Part shown: positions 1 to 7,734 of the stretch, one piece after another
Layout: every line of letters starts with the position of its first letter
Numbering within the stretch: the stretch's first letter is position 1
DNA from: Pirellulales bacterium
Lineage (GTDB): Bacteria > Planctomycetota > Planctomycetia > Pirellulales > UBA1268
Assembly (NCBI GenBank): GCA_040397635.1
Contig: JBBAVO010000002.1
Coordinates: forward strand, 1-35,711
Length of the DNA stretch: 35,711 bases
Reading direction: 5' to 3'
Notes under the pieces: model-generated
Seen by the model: only the letters and a program-made list of their open reading frames with translations
Database searches by the model: none
What the model was told of the DNA's origin: nothing
Made by a program: the position numbers and the translations under genes

Positions 1-801
1 GGGATCCAGGTCTGGCTGCAGTCGCTGCTCACGGGCGGCCGGCTGGTCGTGCCGGCGTCTCGCGATCCCGATGCGGTGCTGCGGGCGATTGTTGACGAGC
101 AGGCCACGGTCCTGCCCGCGACCCCTACGCTCCTCCGACGGCTGCTGACGTCGGGCGACCGGTCGCTGCTGGCGAAGGCACGCCTCGATCGGATCACGCT
201 CGGCGGCGAGACGGCGGACGGGCCACTGCTCGAACAGGCCCGCGCGGCGTTTCCATCGGCCAAGATCACGCAGGTGTATGCGACGACGGAACTGGGCGAA
301 GTGTTTCGCGTGACCGATGGGCTTGCCGGATTTCCGGCCAACTGGCTGGGGCGTTCCCTGGCGGGCGGTGCCCGGCTTGGGATGCGTCGCGATGGCGAAC
401 TGCTCGTGCAACTGTCGCGGGATACGGCCGAAGTGGCGACAGGCGACCTCGTGGAGAAGCGGGGCGATCGGTACGAGTTCACCGGCCGTCGCAGCGACGT
501 GATCGTGGTGGGCGGGGCGAAGGTGTTTCCGCGGCGGGTCGAGGAATTGCTCCGCGGCGTGCCGGGGATCGCGGATGCCCGTGTCTACGGGATGCCCAGT
601 GCCATCACAGGTGAACTCGTCGCTGCTGAGGCCGTACTGGCTGAGCCATTGCCTGCGAACACCTCGCCCGAGAGCATCCGGGCCGCGGCGCTTGCGGCCT
701 GCCGCAGTGGCCTCGAGCCGCAGAGTGTTCCTCGCATTCTCGACATCGTGCGCAAGATCGCGACGAATCCCGCGGGCAAGGTGCCTCGCCGCCCGGCGTG
801 A
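1..801 (+). CDS. AMP-dependent synthetase/ligase (adenylate-forming acyl ligase), C-terminal part; 5' end lies outside the window
   Basis: Frame 1 is open from nt 1; the track ORF begins at 49 only because of start-codon choice. Adenylate-forming motifs are present: YATTELGE, GDLVEKRGDRYEFTGRRSDVIVVGGAKVFPRRVEE and the terminal NPAGKVPRR lysine motif. Confidence 0.85.
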   Translation, partial: GIQVWLQSLLTGGRLVVPASRDPDAVLRAIVDEQATVLPATPTLLRRLLTSGDRSLLAKARLDRITLGGETADGPLLEQARAAFPSAKITQVYATTELGEVFRVTDGLAGFPANWLGRSLAGGARLGMRRDGELLVQLSRDTAEVATGDLVEKRGDRYEFTGRRSDVIVVGGAKVFPRRVEELLRGVPGIADARVYGMPSAITGELVAAEAVLAEPLPANTSPESIRAAALAACRSGLEPQSVPRILDIVRKIATNPAGKVPRRPA

Positions 802-1565
802 CCCCGGCAATCATGCCTCCCACCACGATCATTTCTGGCGGCTCGCGGGGGCTGGGTCTGGCGGTCGTCGAGCGATTGCTCGAGCGGGGCGACTGCGTGG
901 CCACGTTTTCCCGGTCGGGCTCGGTGGCGCTCGAGTCGCTTGCCGCGATCCATCCCGATCGGCTCCATGCCGAGCAGATCGATGCCGCCGATGCCGAAGC
1001 CATCAGGGAATTCGTCGCGCGTGCCGCCGCTCGCTTCGGTGGGGTCGATCATTGCATCGCGAATGCGGCCGTGGCCCATGACGGCGTGGTCGCCACCGTC
1101 CGCGATGATGAGATCGACGCGATGCTCGATGTGAATCTGCGGGGATCGATCGTGCTTGTCCGCGAGTGTGTCAGGCAGATGCTGGTCCGCCTGGTCGGCG
1201 ACGAGCGGGCCGCGACCGGTGGACCGTCGGTGGTGGTCGTGTCGTCGGTGGTTGCGTCGCGCGGCTCGCCCGGTCTGGCGGTCTACGCGGCCACGAAGGC
1301 GGGACTCGAGGGCTTTGCCCGCAGTCTGGCCCGCGAACTGGGGCCCCGCGGCATTCGCGTCAACGCGGTTGCGCCGGGATTTCTCGAAACCGATCTCTCT
1401 TCATCGCTCTCGGAAGCAGACCGGGCCCGGATCGTCCGTCGCACACCGCTGGGGCGATTGGGTGTGCCGGCTGACGTCGTGGGCGTGATCGAGTTTCTGA
1501 CCGGGCCGAGGTCAGCCTTCATCACCGGCCAGGTGGTGACAGTGGACGGGGGCTCTGCGGCATGA
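798..1565 (+). CDS. Short-chain dehydrogenase/reductase, 3-oxoacyl-ACP reductase (FabG)-like
   Basis: The cofactor motif is ISGGSRGLGLAV and the catalytic motif is YAATKAGLEGFARSLARELGPRGIRVNAVAPGF (YxxxK). A GTGA overlap joins it to the upstream stop. ATG at 813 is an alternative start. Confidence 0.9.
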   Translation: MTPAIMPPTTIISGGSRGLGLAVVERLLERGDCVATFSRSGSVALESLAAIHPDRLHAEQIDAADAEAIREFVARAAARFGGVDHCIANAAVAHDGVVATVRDDEIDAMLDVNLRGSIVLVRECVRQMLVRLVGDERAATGGPSVVVVSSVVASRGSPGLAVYAATKAGLEGFARSLARELGPRGIRVNAVAPGFLETDLSSSLSEADRARIVRRTPLGRLGVPADVVGVIEFLTGPRSAFITGQVVTVDGGSAA

Positions 1566-1749
1566 CCAACGGTTTCTCCGATTCCTGGCGCGCCAGCGCG
1601 GCCGATCGCGATGCCATCACTGGATAATCGGCATAACCGGACACTTCGTCAGACCGACGATTTGAATCGTTTACCGCGTCGGTGTGTTGCCTTGAAAAGA
1701 AGGGTATGCTCGATAGTTGTCCCGGAAAAAAGCGAAAAACCAGCAGCCC
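1566..1749 (+). promoter_or_regulatory. Largest intergenic gap in the left arm; possible internal promoter region
   Basis: This is a roughly 185-nt gap with locally lower GC. It contains TTGAAA (1692-1697), a 16-nt spacer and TAGTTG (1714-1719), plus TTGAAT at 1662-1667. The matches to sigma70 consensus are weak. Confidence 0.2.
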
Positions 1750-2499
1750 ATGGTGTCACCCAGAGGAACGGAGTCTGCGCCTATCCAAGGCGGCTTCCCG
1801 TCGGAGCAGCCTGGCGTCGTGAGCCTGCGTCGGGCCGTGAAGAGGACTGAACTGTCGGCGGTTTCTCGGATCATCATCGTCGGTGCTGGGGGCTTTGGTC
1901 GCGAAGTCTTGCAATGGGCCCGCGGCGCCTGGCCCGAGCACGCGTCGCGGATCGCCGGCTTTCTGTCCGCAGAACGGGATCGGCTCACAGGTCATGACGG
2001 CAGTCTCGAGATCATCGGCGACCCCGATCGCTACCAACCGCAGCCGAGCGACGCCTTGTTGCTCGCCATCGGCATTCCGATCGTGCGCCGGCAGGTGGCG
2101 GAGTCGTTGACGTCGCGAGGGGTGAAGTTCCTGACGCTGGTTCACCCGACTGCCATCGTGGCTCCCACGGCGGCGATCGGCGAGGGCTCCATCGTCTGTC
2201 CCTATGCAATCGTGAGCGATTCGGCCCGGGTCGGGGCGTTCGTGCTGATGAACTACCACTCTTCCCTTGGCCACGATGCATCGGCCGGGGATCATGCCGT
2301 GCTCTCCCCGTATGCCACGCTCGGCGGCAACGCCCACATCGGCGACGACGTCTTCATGGGGCTGCACGCCTCGGTCGGGCCGGGCAGGAGGATCGGAGCC
2401 CGCAGCAAGGTGAGCGCCAATTCGTGTGCGCTGTCCGACGCTCCGGCGGAGTCGATCATCTACGGTGTTCCGGGCCGCGTGGGCCCGCTGATCCGCTGA
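1750..2499 (+). CDS. NeuD/PglD-family sugar N-/O-acyltransferase (N-terminal Rossmann-like domain plus left-handed beta-helix)
   Basis: The N-terminal motif is RIIIVGAGGFGREV. Hexapeptide repeats follow (IGEGSIVCPYAIVSDSARVGAFVLMNYHSSLGHDASAGDHAVLSPYATLGGNAHIGDDVFMGLHASV). The start is uncertain: ATG 1750, or GTG at 1819 or 1837, which would give a more typical short N-terminus. Confidence 0.8.
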   Translation: MVSPRGTESAPIQGGFPSEQPGVVSLRRAVKRTELSAVSRIIIVGAGGFGREVLQWARGAWPEHASRIAGFLSAERDRLTGHDGSLEIIGDPDRYQPQPSDALLLAIGIPIVRRQVAESLTSRGVKFLTLVHPTAIVAPTAAIGEGSIVCPYAIVSDSARVGAFVLMNYHSSLGHDASAGDHAVLSPYATLGGNAHIGDDVFMGLHASVGPGRRIGARSKVSANSCALSDAPAESIIYGVPGRVGPLIR

Positions 2500-2905
2500 T
2501 GCGGGCGAATCATTCTTGCAACCGAGTTCTTCAGCCGCGCCAAGCGGGTGGCGTTTCACGGCGTGGTGGCCAACGACGGCGTTCGGTCGGCGTTGGCCGA
2601 GGCCGACGGTGCAGTGCTGCCGAGCCGGTTCGACGGGTGGAGCATGCTGGTCAACGAGTCGCTGACGGCAGGCACGCCTGGGATCTGCACGGCGTCTTGT
2701 GGGGCGGCGATACTCGTAACATCGGCCCGGCTGGAGAGCGTGGTGCAACTGGGCGACGCGGCGGCGCTCGGAGCCTCGCTGGCACGAGCGGTCGTGAGCG
2801 GACCCATTCAGGCACGGGCTCGTGCCGTTATCCATGCCGATGCGATGGAGTGTGTGTCTGCGGATTGGGCTGCACGGCGGTTCACGGAGATGCTGTTCCA
2901 TGGAC
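2500..2905 (+). pseudogene. Remnant of a GT1/GT4 glycosyltransferase (C-terminal third only)
   Basis: The same frame as the NeuD-like gene continues directly after its TGA. It reads ILATEFFSRAKRVAFHGVVANDGVRSALAEADGAVLPSRFDGWSMLVNESLTAGTPGICTASCGAA. This matches the GT1 C-terminal pattern (V-F-x-G ... LPS-x-x-E/D-G-x-x ... E-A/S-x-x-x-G-x-P). No N-terminal GT-B domain is present. The frame has no stop until 3186, inside wzm. Confidence 0.5.
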
Positions 2906-3727
2906 GAACTGATCATCGAGGCCGGTCGTGCCGAGGCCCACTACTGGCGCGACCTCTGGAGGTATCGCGACCTGTTCTTTTTCCTTGCGTGGCGAGACCT
3001 GCTCGTCCGCTACAAGCAGACGGTCTTCGGTGTGCTCTGGGCGGTGCTGCGGCCTTTTCTGACGATGACGATCTTCGTCGTAATCTTCAGCCGACTGGCC
3101 GGACTGCCGTCGGACGGCGTGCCGTACGCCCTGCTGGTGCTGGGCGGGATGCTGCCCTGGCAGTTCTTTGCCACGGCGCTCTCTGACTCCAGCTCCAGCC
3201 TCGTGACGAATGCCAACCTGATCACGAAGATCTATTTTCCGAGGATCATCTTGCCCGCGAGTTCGGTGATCGTGGCGCTGGTCGATTTCGCGATCACGCT
3301 CGGTCTGATGGTGGTGGTCATGGCCTGGTATCGCTACCTGCCGCCGGTGCGGATCGTGCTGCTTCCGGTGTTCGTCGCCTTGGCGTTGGTGTCTGCACTG
3401 GGGCCCGGACTCATCGCCACCGCGCTCAATGTGAAGTATCGTGACTTCCGCTTTGTGATTCCGTTCATCGTGCAGTTCGGCCTCTATGTATCTCCAGTGG
3501 GTTTTAAGTCGGCGGTCATCGAGGACAAACTCGGCCCGATGGCAAGGTTGGTTTACGCGTTGAACCCGATGGTGGGCGTGATCGATGGATTCCGATGGTG
3601 CATTGGAGCCGAACCGACGCTTCATGTCGGGGCACTCGCGATTTCCATTGCCGTGAGCCTTTTCCTGCTCTGGTACGGGATCCGCTTCTTTCGCAACACG
3701 GAGAAGGGCTTCGCCGACATCGTCTAG
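2900..3727 (+). CDS. wzm: ABC-2 type polysaccharide export permease
   Basis: The N-terminal sequence YWRDLWRYRDLFFFLAWRDLLVRYKQTVFGVLWAVLRPFL and the motif ITKIYFPRIILP are typical of Wzm/TagG/KpsM permeases. Multiple hydrophobic helices follow. ATG at 2900 (MDELIIEAG) is preferred over the upstream extension from 2822. Confidence 0.9.
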   Translation: MDELIIEAGRAEAHYWRDLWRYRDLFFFLAWRDLLVRYKQTVFGVLWAVLRPFLTMTIFVVIFSRLAGLPSDGVPYALLVLGGMLPWQFFATALSDSSSSLVTNANLITKIYFPRIILPASSVIVALVDFAITLGLMVVVMAWYRYLPPVRIVLLPVFVALALVSALGPGLIATALNVKYRDFRFVIPFIVQFGLYVSPVGFKSAVIEDKLGPMARLVYALNPMVGVIDGFRWCIGAEPTLHVGALAISIAVSLFLLWYGIRFFRNTEKGFADIV

Positions 3728-3730
3728 CCC

Positions 3731-5008
3731 ATGGCCAGTCCAATCATCAGCGTCGAGAACCTCGGTAAACGCTATCGCCTTCGGCATAAGGCCAAGGTGC
3801 CATACACCACGTTTCGTGATGCCATTGCGCAGGGGACCCGTCGGCTGTTCACTCCGAGACAACTCGACAGCGGCGAGGCTGCGAGTGAGGAAGAATTCTG
3901 GGCGTTGAAGGATGTAAGCTTCGAGGTCCAGCAGGGCGACGTGGTGGGGATCGTCGGCCGCAATGGCGCGGGCAAGTCGACGCTTCTGAAGGTGCTCTCG
4001 CGGATCACGGAGCCCAGCGTCGGCTGTGTTCGGCTCCGTGGTCGCGTGGCCAGCCTGCTGGAGGTTGGCACCGGATTCCATCCCGAACTCACAGGCCGCG
4101 AGAACATCTTCCTCAACGGCGCCATCCTTGGCATGTCAAAGGCTGAGATCCGTAGTAAGTTCGATGAGATCGTGGCATTCGCGGAAGTCGAACGGTTTCT
4201 CGACACGCCGGTAAAGCACTACTCAAGCGGCATGTACGTCAGGCTGGCATTCGCCGTTGCTGCGCACCTTGAACCAGAGATTCTCATCGTCGACGAGGTG
4301 CTCGCGGTGGGCGACACGCAGTTCCAGAAAAAATGCCTCGGCAAGATCAAGGATGTCGCGTCGTACCAAGGCCGAACGGTGATCTTCGTCAGCCATCAGA
4401 TGAATGCCGTCGAGAGTCTGTGCAACCGGTGCGTCATGCTGCAGGGGGGCACCGTGGTCGCGGACTCTCGCGATGTGAGGAGCGTCGTGCAATCCTATCT
4501 CTCGGCAGATTCGCAGGCCGCCGAGTTGAAATGGACCAGGCAGACGACACGGCATGACAATCCCTACTTCGCACCCCGCATTATGGAGATCACAAACACC
4601 GTGGGCGACGCGTCGCCCTATTCGAGGCAGACGCAGCTCTCCGTCGCGATTGCCGCTGACGTCGAGGTCAACGACTCCGCGTTGACGATAGGGTACGACC
4701 TCTACAACGAAAACAATGATCTCGTGTACCGAACCTATCAGACGGACGGTGCAGAGGATACTTGGCCGCGTATCGAGCCGGGGTTCAATGTCCTGGAGTC
4801 GCCGATACCGATGTGGCTCAACGAGGGCAGATACCGTCTCTGCCTTCGTGGTGGGCTTCATAACCGGACGTGGCTGTTTGCAGAGAGCACCGACGTGCCC
4901 TCTGTTGAGTTCGAGATCCGCGGCGGGCTCAGCGAGTCGCCGTACTGGCAGGCGAGGCGAGATGGGATTGTCGCCCCTGTCGTTCAGTGGAGAAAGGCTC
5001 TGACTTGA
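3731..5008 (+). CDS. wzt: Polysaccharide ABC exporter ATP-binding protein with a roughly 170-aa C-terminal extension (Wzt_C-type glycan-binding domain likely)
   Basis: Walker A is GRNGAGKST, the signature motif is YSSGMYVRLAF and Walker B is ILIVDEVLAVGD. About 170 residues of beta-rich sequence follow the NBD. The start lies 3 nt after the wzm stop. Confidence 0.92.
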   Translation: MASPIISVENLGKRYRLRHKAKVPYTTFRDAIAQGTRRLFTPRQLDSGEAASEEEFWALKDVSFEVQQGDVVGIVGRNGAGKSTLLKVLSRITEPSVGCVRLRGRVASLLEVGTGFHPELTGRENIFLNGAILGMSKAEIRSKFDEIVAFAEVERFLDTPVKHYSSGMYVRLAFAVAAHLEPEILIVDEVLAVGDTQFQKKCLGKIKDVASYQGRTVIFVSHQMNAVESLCNRCVMLQGGTVVADSRDVRSVVQSYLSADSQAAELKWTRQTTRHDNPYFAPRIMEITNTVGDASPYSRQTQLSVAIAADVEVNDSALTIGYDLYNENNDLVYRTYQTDGAEDTWPRIEPGFNVLESPIPMWLNEGRYRLCLRGGLHNRTWLFAESTDVPSVEFEIRGGLSESPYWQARRDGIVAPVVQWRKALT

Positions 5009-5760
5009 TGAAGATTCTGGACTTGGTCGCTTCCCTGCTTTGCAGGGTGCTCCACAGAGTTCTCGCCCTGATCCCAAGCAGCCCGACGCGGTTCTGGGTG
5101 CTCTCACGATTTACGGCAGATCCCTCGCAGAATGGCGAGTCCCGCATCGTGGAGATGGCGAGAGAGACCCTCGCGACACGGGGGCGGCCGGTGCCGGCGA
5201 CGTTCCTGGAACTGGGAGCCAATCATCCGTTCTTTTTGTCAAACACGTGGTATCTGGAACACCGTTGCGGGTTCCAGGGCGTGTCGGTCGATCCGCTTCC
5301 GAGATACGAAGCAATGTTTCGCGCCACGCGACCGAAGACACAGTTCGTGCGCGCTGCGGTGGTGCCTCGGGACCGTGCCGGCACCGATGTGCGCATCTAC
5401 AACTGCGACAAGGATGCACTCAGTACCACGGACCTATCCGAGGCCGACAGACTGAGGTCGATGAATCTTGGAGGAAGTGAGATCTTTGCACCAGGTGTAT
5501 CTTACGAAGACATGGTGCAAAGACAGGAATTCGCTTCAGGTCTTGGGGTGCTGTTCCTGGACGTAGAGAGCCATGAACTGCAACTGGCCATCCTGAGAGA
5601 AGTCATCGCCAGCGATCGCAAACCAAGGCTCATCTGCGTGGAGACGCTCGAGTTCATGGGAGATCAGCGTGACTTTCGCGGCGACTATCTCGAAGTCCTC
5701 GGACCGGCGGGATACGTGGAAATGGCCTCGTCGATCCTCAACACCATCTACGCGTCATGA
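5008..5760 (+). CDS. FkbM-family (Methyltransf_21) methyltransferase
   Basis: FLELGANHPFFLSN...GVSVDPLP and LFLDVESHELQLAIL resemble the FkbM motifs (DVGAN..., iDvEGhE). Its ATG shares one nucleotide with the wzt TGA (TGATG). Confidence 0.8.
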   Translation: MKILDLVASLLCRVLHRVLALIPSSPTRFWVLSRFTADPSQNGESRIVEMARETLATRGRPVPATFLELGANHPFFLSNTWYLEHRCGFQGVSVDPLPRYEAMFRATRPKTQFVRAAVVPRDRAGTDVRIYNCDKDALSTTDLSEADRLRSMNLGGSEIFAPGVSYEDMVQRQEFASGLGVLFLDVESHELQLAILREVIASDRKPRLICVETLEFMGDQRDFRGDYLEVLGPAGYVEMASSILNTIYAS

Positions 5761-6668
5761 GTCGCGGCGGGGTCATTGTTTGTTTCGAGCGAGGCAGGCT
5801 GGGCAACCAGCTCTTCCAATATCCGGCGATGCGGATGTTCTCGCCTGATGCACGCATTGTAGCCGTGGGCATGGACGACGTGAGGCGTGGATTCGAAGGC
5901 GTAGCGATGTCACGTCTCTCCTTTTCCACAAAAGGCGAACGAGGGCGACAGTGGCGGCATTTCAAAGCCTATTGCCTCAGCTGGGCGATGCGAATCACCG
6001 CGCGGATGCGACTCGTGAGCGTTGTAGATGAACGGGAATCCGTCGATGGTCCGCATTTCAAGGTAACTCCCGGCCTGTTCCGTCGCGTGTTCTATTTTCG
6101 AAGCGGCTGGTTTCAGTGCGAATCGGTCGCCGATAGCCCGAGCGGCCTCGGGTTGCGGCTCAATCATAAATATCATGTCGTTGCAAGAAGAACGCTGGCT
6201 GCTTTGCCGGGCCGTCTGGCCGATCGGTACTTCGTTCACGTTCGCCGCGGGGACTACACCACGTTCCCGTCCCCGGAACACCCCGCGGTCCTCTCTTATG
6301 CGTGGTATCGGGAGCAGATGTCGCGGGTTCGCGAACGCAACCCAAACGCAGTGTTCGTCGTAACCTCAGACGACAAACCGTATGTCGAAGAGTTTTTTGG
6401 AGGGATTCCTGGTGTCTTCATCGTTCACCTCGGGGTGCTCGAGGATTTCGCCGTCATGGCGGGGTGTCTCGGGGGCGGTGTTCTTTCTGCCAGCACTTTC
6501 GCGTGGTGGGCCGCCTGTCTGGCACGCCGAGAATCTGCCGACGCATACTTCATCGCACCGCGATATTGGGTCGGACATGGCACCCAATCATGGATGCCAC
6601 TGGGTATCGAGACGAGTTGGATCGAGTACGTCGATGTTGCTCGGTCGTGTGCCAGCAGAGACAGATGA
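5757..6668 (+). CDS. GT11-family glycosyltransferase (alpha-1,2-fucosyltransferase-like)
   Basis: Hallmark GT11 motifs are present: GRLGNQLFQYPA, FVHVRRGDY, VVTSDD and LSASTFAWWAACLA. An ATGA overlap joins it to the upstream gene. Confidence 0.75.
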   Translation: MSRGGVIVCFERGRLGNQLFQYPAMRMFSPDARIVAVGMDDVRRGFEGVAMSRLSFSTKGERGRQWRHFKAYCLSWAMRITARMRLVSVVDERESVDGPHFKVTPGLFRRVFYFRSGWFQCESVADSPSGLGLRLNHKYHVVARRTLAALPGRLADRYFVHVRRGDYTTFPSPEHPAVLSYAWYREQMSRVRERNPNAVFVVTSDDKPYVEEFFGGIPGVFIVHLGVLEDFAVMAGCLGGGVLSASTFAWWAACLARRESADAYFIAPRYWVGHGTQSWMPLGIETSWIEYVDVARSCASRDR

Positions 6669-6756
6669 CACGTGAATGATCAGCCAATGAAGTGTCTCAT
6701 GGCTTCTGCGATCGCAATACTTGTGGCCCCAGAGCTCTGCGCGTGACACACTGGTT

Positions 6757-7734
6757 ATGGTCCTGACTGAAATGAAGAATGCAGCGGTTACGGTCATCGT
6801 GTGCACGCACAATCCCAGGCGTGACATGTTGGAGCGTGTCTTGGCGTCTCTACGAGCCCAAACAAAGCCGTTGTCCGATTGGGAGCTTCTCATCGTCGAT
6901 AACAAGAGCGTCGAGCCCGTGTCGGACTGGCTCGACGTGTCGTGGCACCCTTGCGCGCGGATTCTTCACGAACCCCGTCCAGGCAAGACATTCGCACTGA
7001 AACATGGGCAGGCGGAGGCAAGGTCCGACCTGCTCGTGATCGTTGACGACGACAATCTGCTCGTGCCCACGTATCTCGCGGACGCAACGCGGATCGCCTC
7101 GGACTACCCGTTCCTCGGCGCCTGGGGCGGAGGTTCGGTGGGTGAGTACGAAGCGTTACTGCCCCGCTGGCTCGAACCGTACCTCTCATTCATCGCCGTC
7201 AAGTCATGCAATGAATTGGTGTGGAGCAACGAGTACTTCCATGGTAACGCGACGCCGATCGGCGCGGGCATGTGCGTCCGGAAGTCGGTGGCAGAGCGTT
7301 ATGCCGACATACTTGACAAGGATCCGGTGCGGCAGATTCTGGGCCGTTGCGGCAAGATGCTTTCGGGATCCGAGGACACCGACATGGCCCTGACGGCCAT
7401 CGATATGGGGATGGGCGTCGGGAAATTTCCCCAACTTATGCTGACGCACCTAATTCCACGCGCAAGAATGTCGGAAGATTACATTCTTCGTCTTGTGGAG
7501 GAGTCGCAGATATCTAACTTCCTTCTCCGTGCGGTCCGCCGCCGGCCCTACCCGCCCTACTTCTCGGGCAGCCTGTTGCGACGCATCGTCAAGTGGTTGC
7601 GGCTCTGGACGCTGCCCCGGATGGATCGACGTATCACGCAGGCTCTGGTGCGCGGGCAACGGAAAGGTCGCCGCATCGCTGCAGAACTCCTGGAGCGCTC
7701 GCGAGCCGCCGGAGTCGAAGACGGCCCGCCATGA
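6757..7734 (+). CDS. GT2-family glycosyltransferase
   Basis: VTVIVCTHNPRRDMLERVLASLRAQT...WELLIVDNKS and LLVIVDDDN (DxD) indicate a GT-A fold. The start is ATG 6757 or 6772; the track start at 6721 is a TTG. Confidence 0.85.
   Translation: MVLTEMKNAAVTVIVCTHNPRRDMLERVLASLRAQTKPLSDWELLIVDNKSVEPVSDWLDVSWHPCARILHEPRPGKTFALKHGQAEARSDLLVIVDDDNLLVPTYLADATRIASDYPFLGAWGGGSVGEYEALLPRWLEPYLSFIAVKSCNELVWSNEYFHGNATPIGAGMCVRKSVAERYADILDKDPVRQILGRCGKMLSGSEDTDMALTAIDMGMGVGKFPQLMLTHLIPRARMSEDYILRLVEESQISNFLLRAVRRRPYPPYFSGSLLRRIVKWLRLWTLPRMDRRITQALVRGQRKGRRIAAELLERSRAAGVEDGPP

Noticed and set aside
1756-2916. 386-aa minus-strand ORF antisense to the NeuD-like gene and the GT remnant
   Set aside because: Its composition is arginine/proline/glycine-rich and it shows no recognisable motifs. 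It lies fully antisense to ORFs that carry strong family motifs. This is the typical shadow ORF of high-GC DNA.
2548-3186. 212-aa plus-strand ORF treated as an intact gene
   Set aside because: Only the first ~120 residues look like protein (GT1 C-terminus). The remainder is the out-of-frame read-through of wzm. It is reported instead as a GT1 remnant ending near 2905.
2882-4081. 399-aa minus-strand ORF antisense to wzm/wzt
   Set aside because: Same reasoning. It has low complexity (H/R/D/Q runs), and the plus strand encodes unmistakable Wzm and Wzt motifs.
7593-7730. N-terminal extensions offered by the ORF track (7593 for the GT4; likewise 8689, 16639, 23307, 24317, 25186, 33642 and 34309)
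   Set aside because: Each extension overlaps the 3' end of the upstream gene and is R/P/S-rich. An internal ATG or GTG gives a canonical family N-terminus and a 4-nt start-stop overlap or a short spacer.
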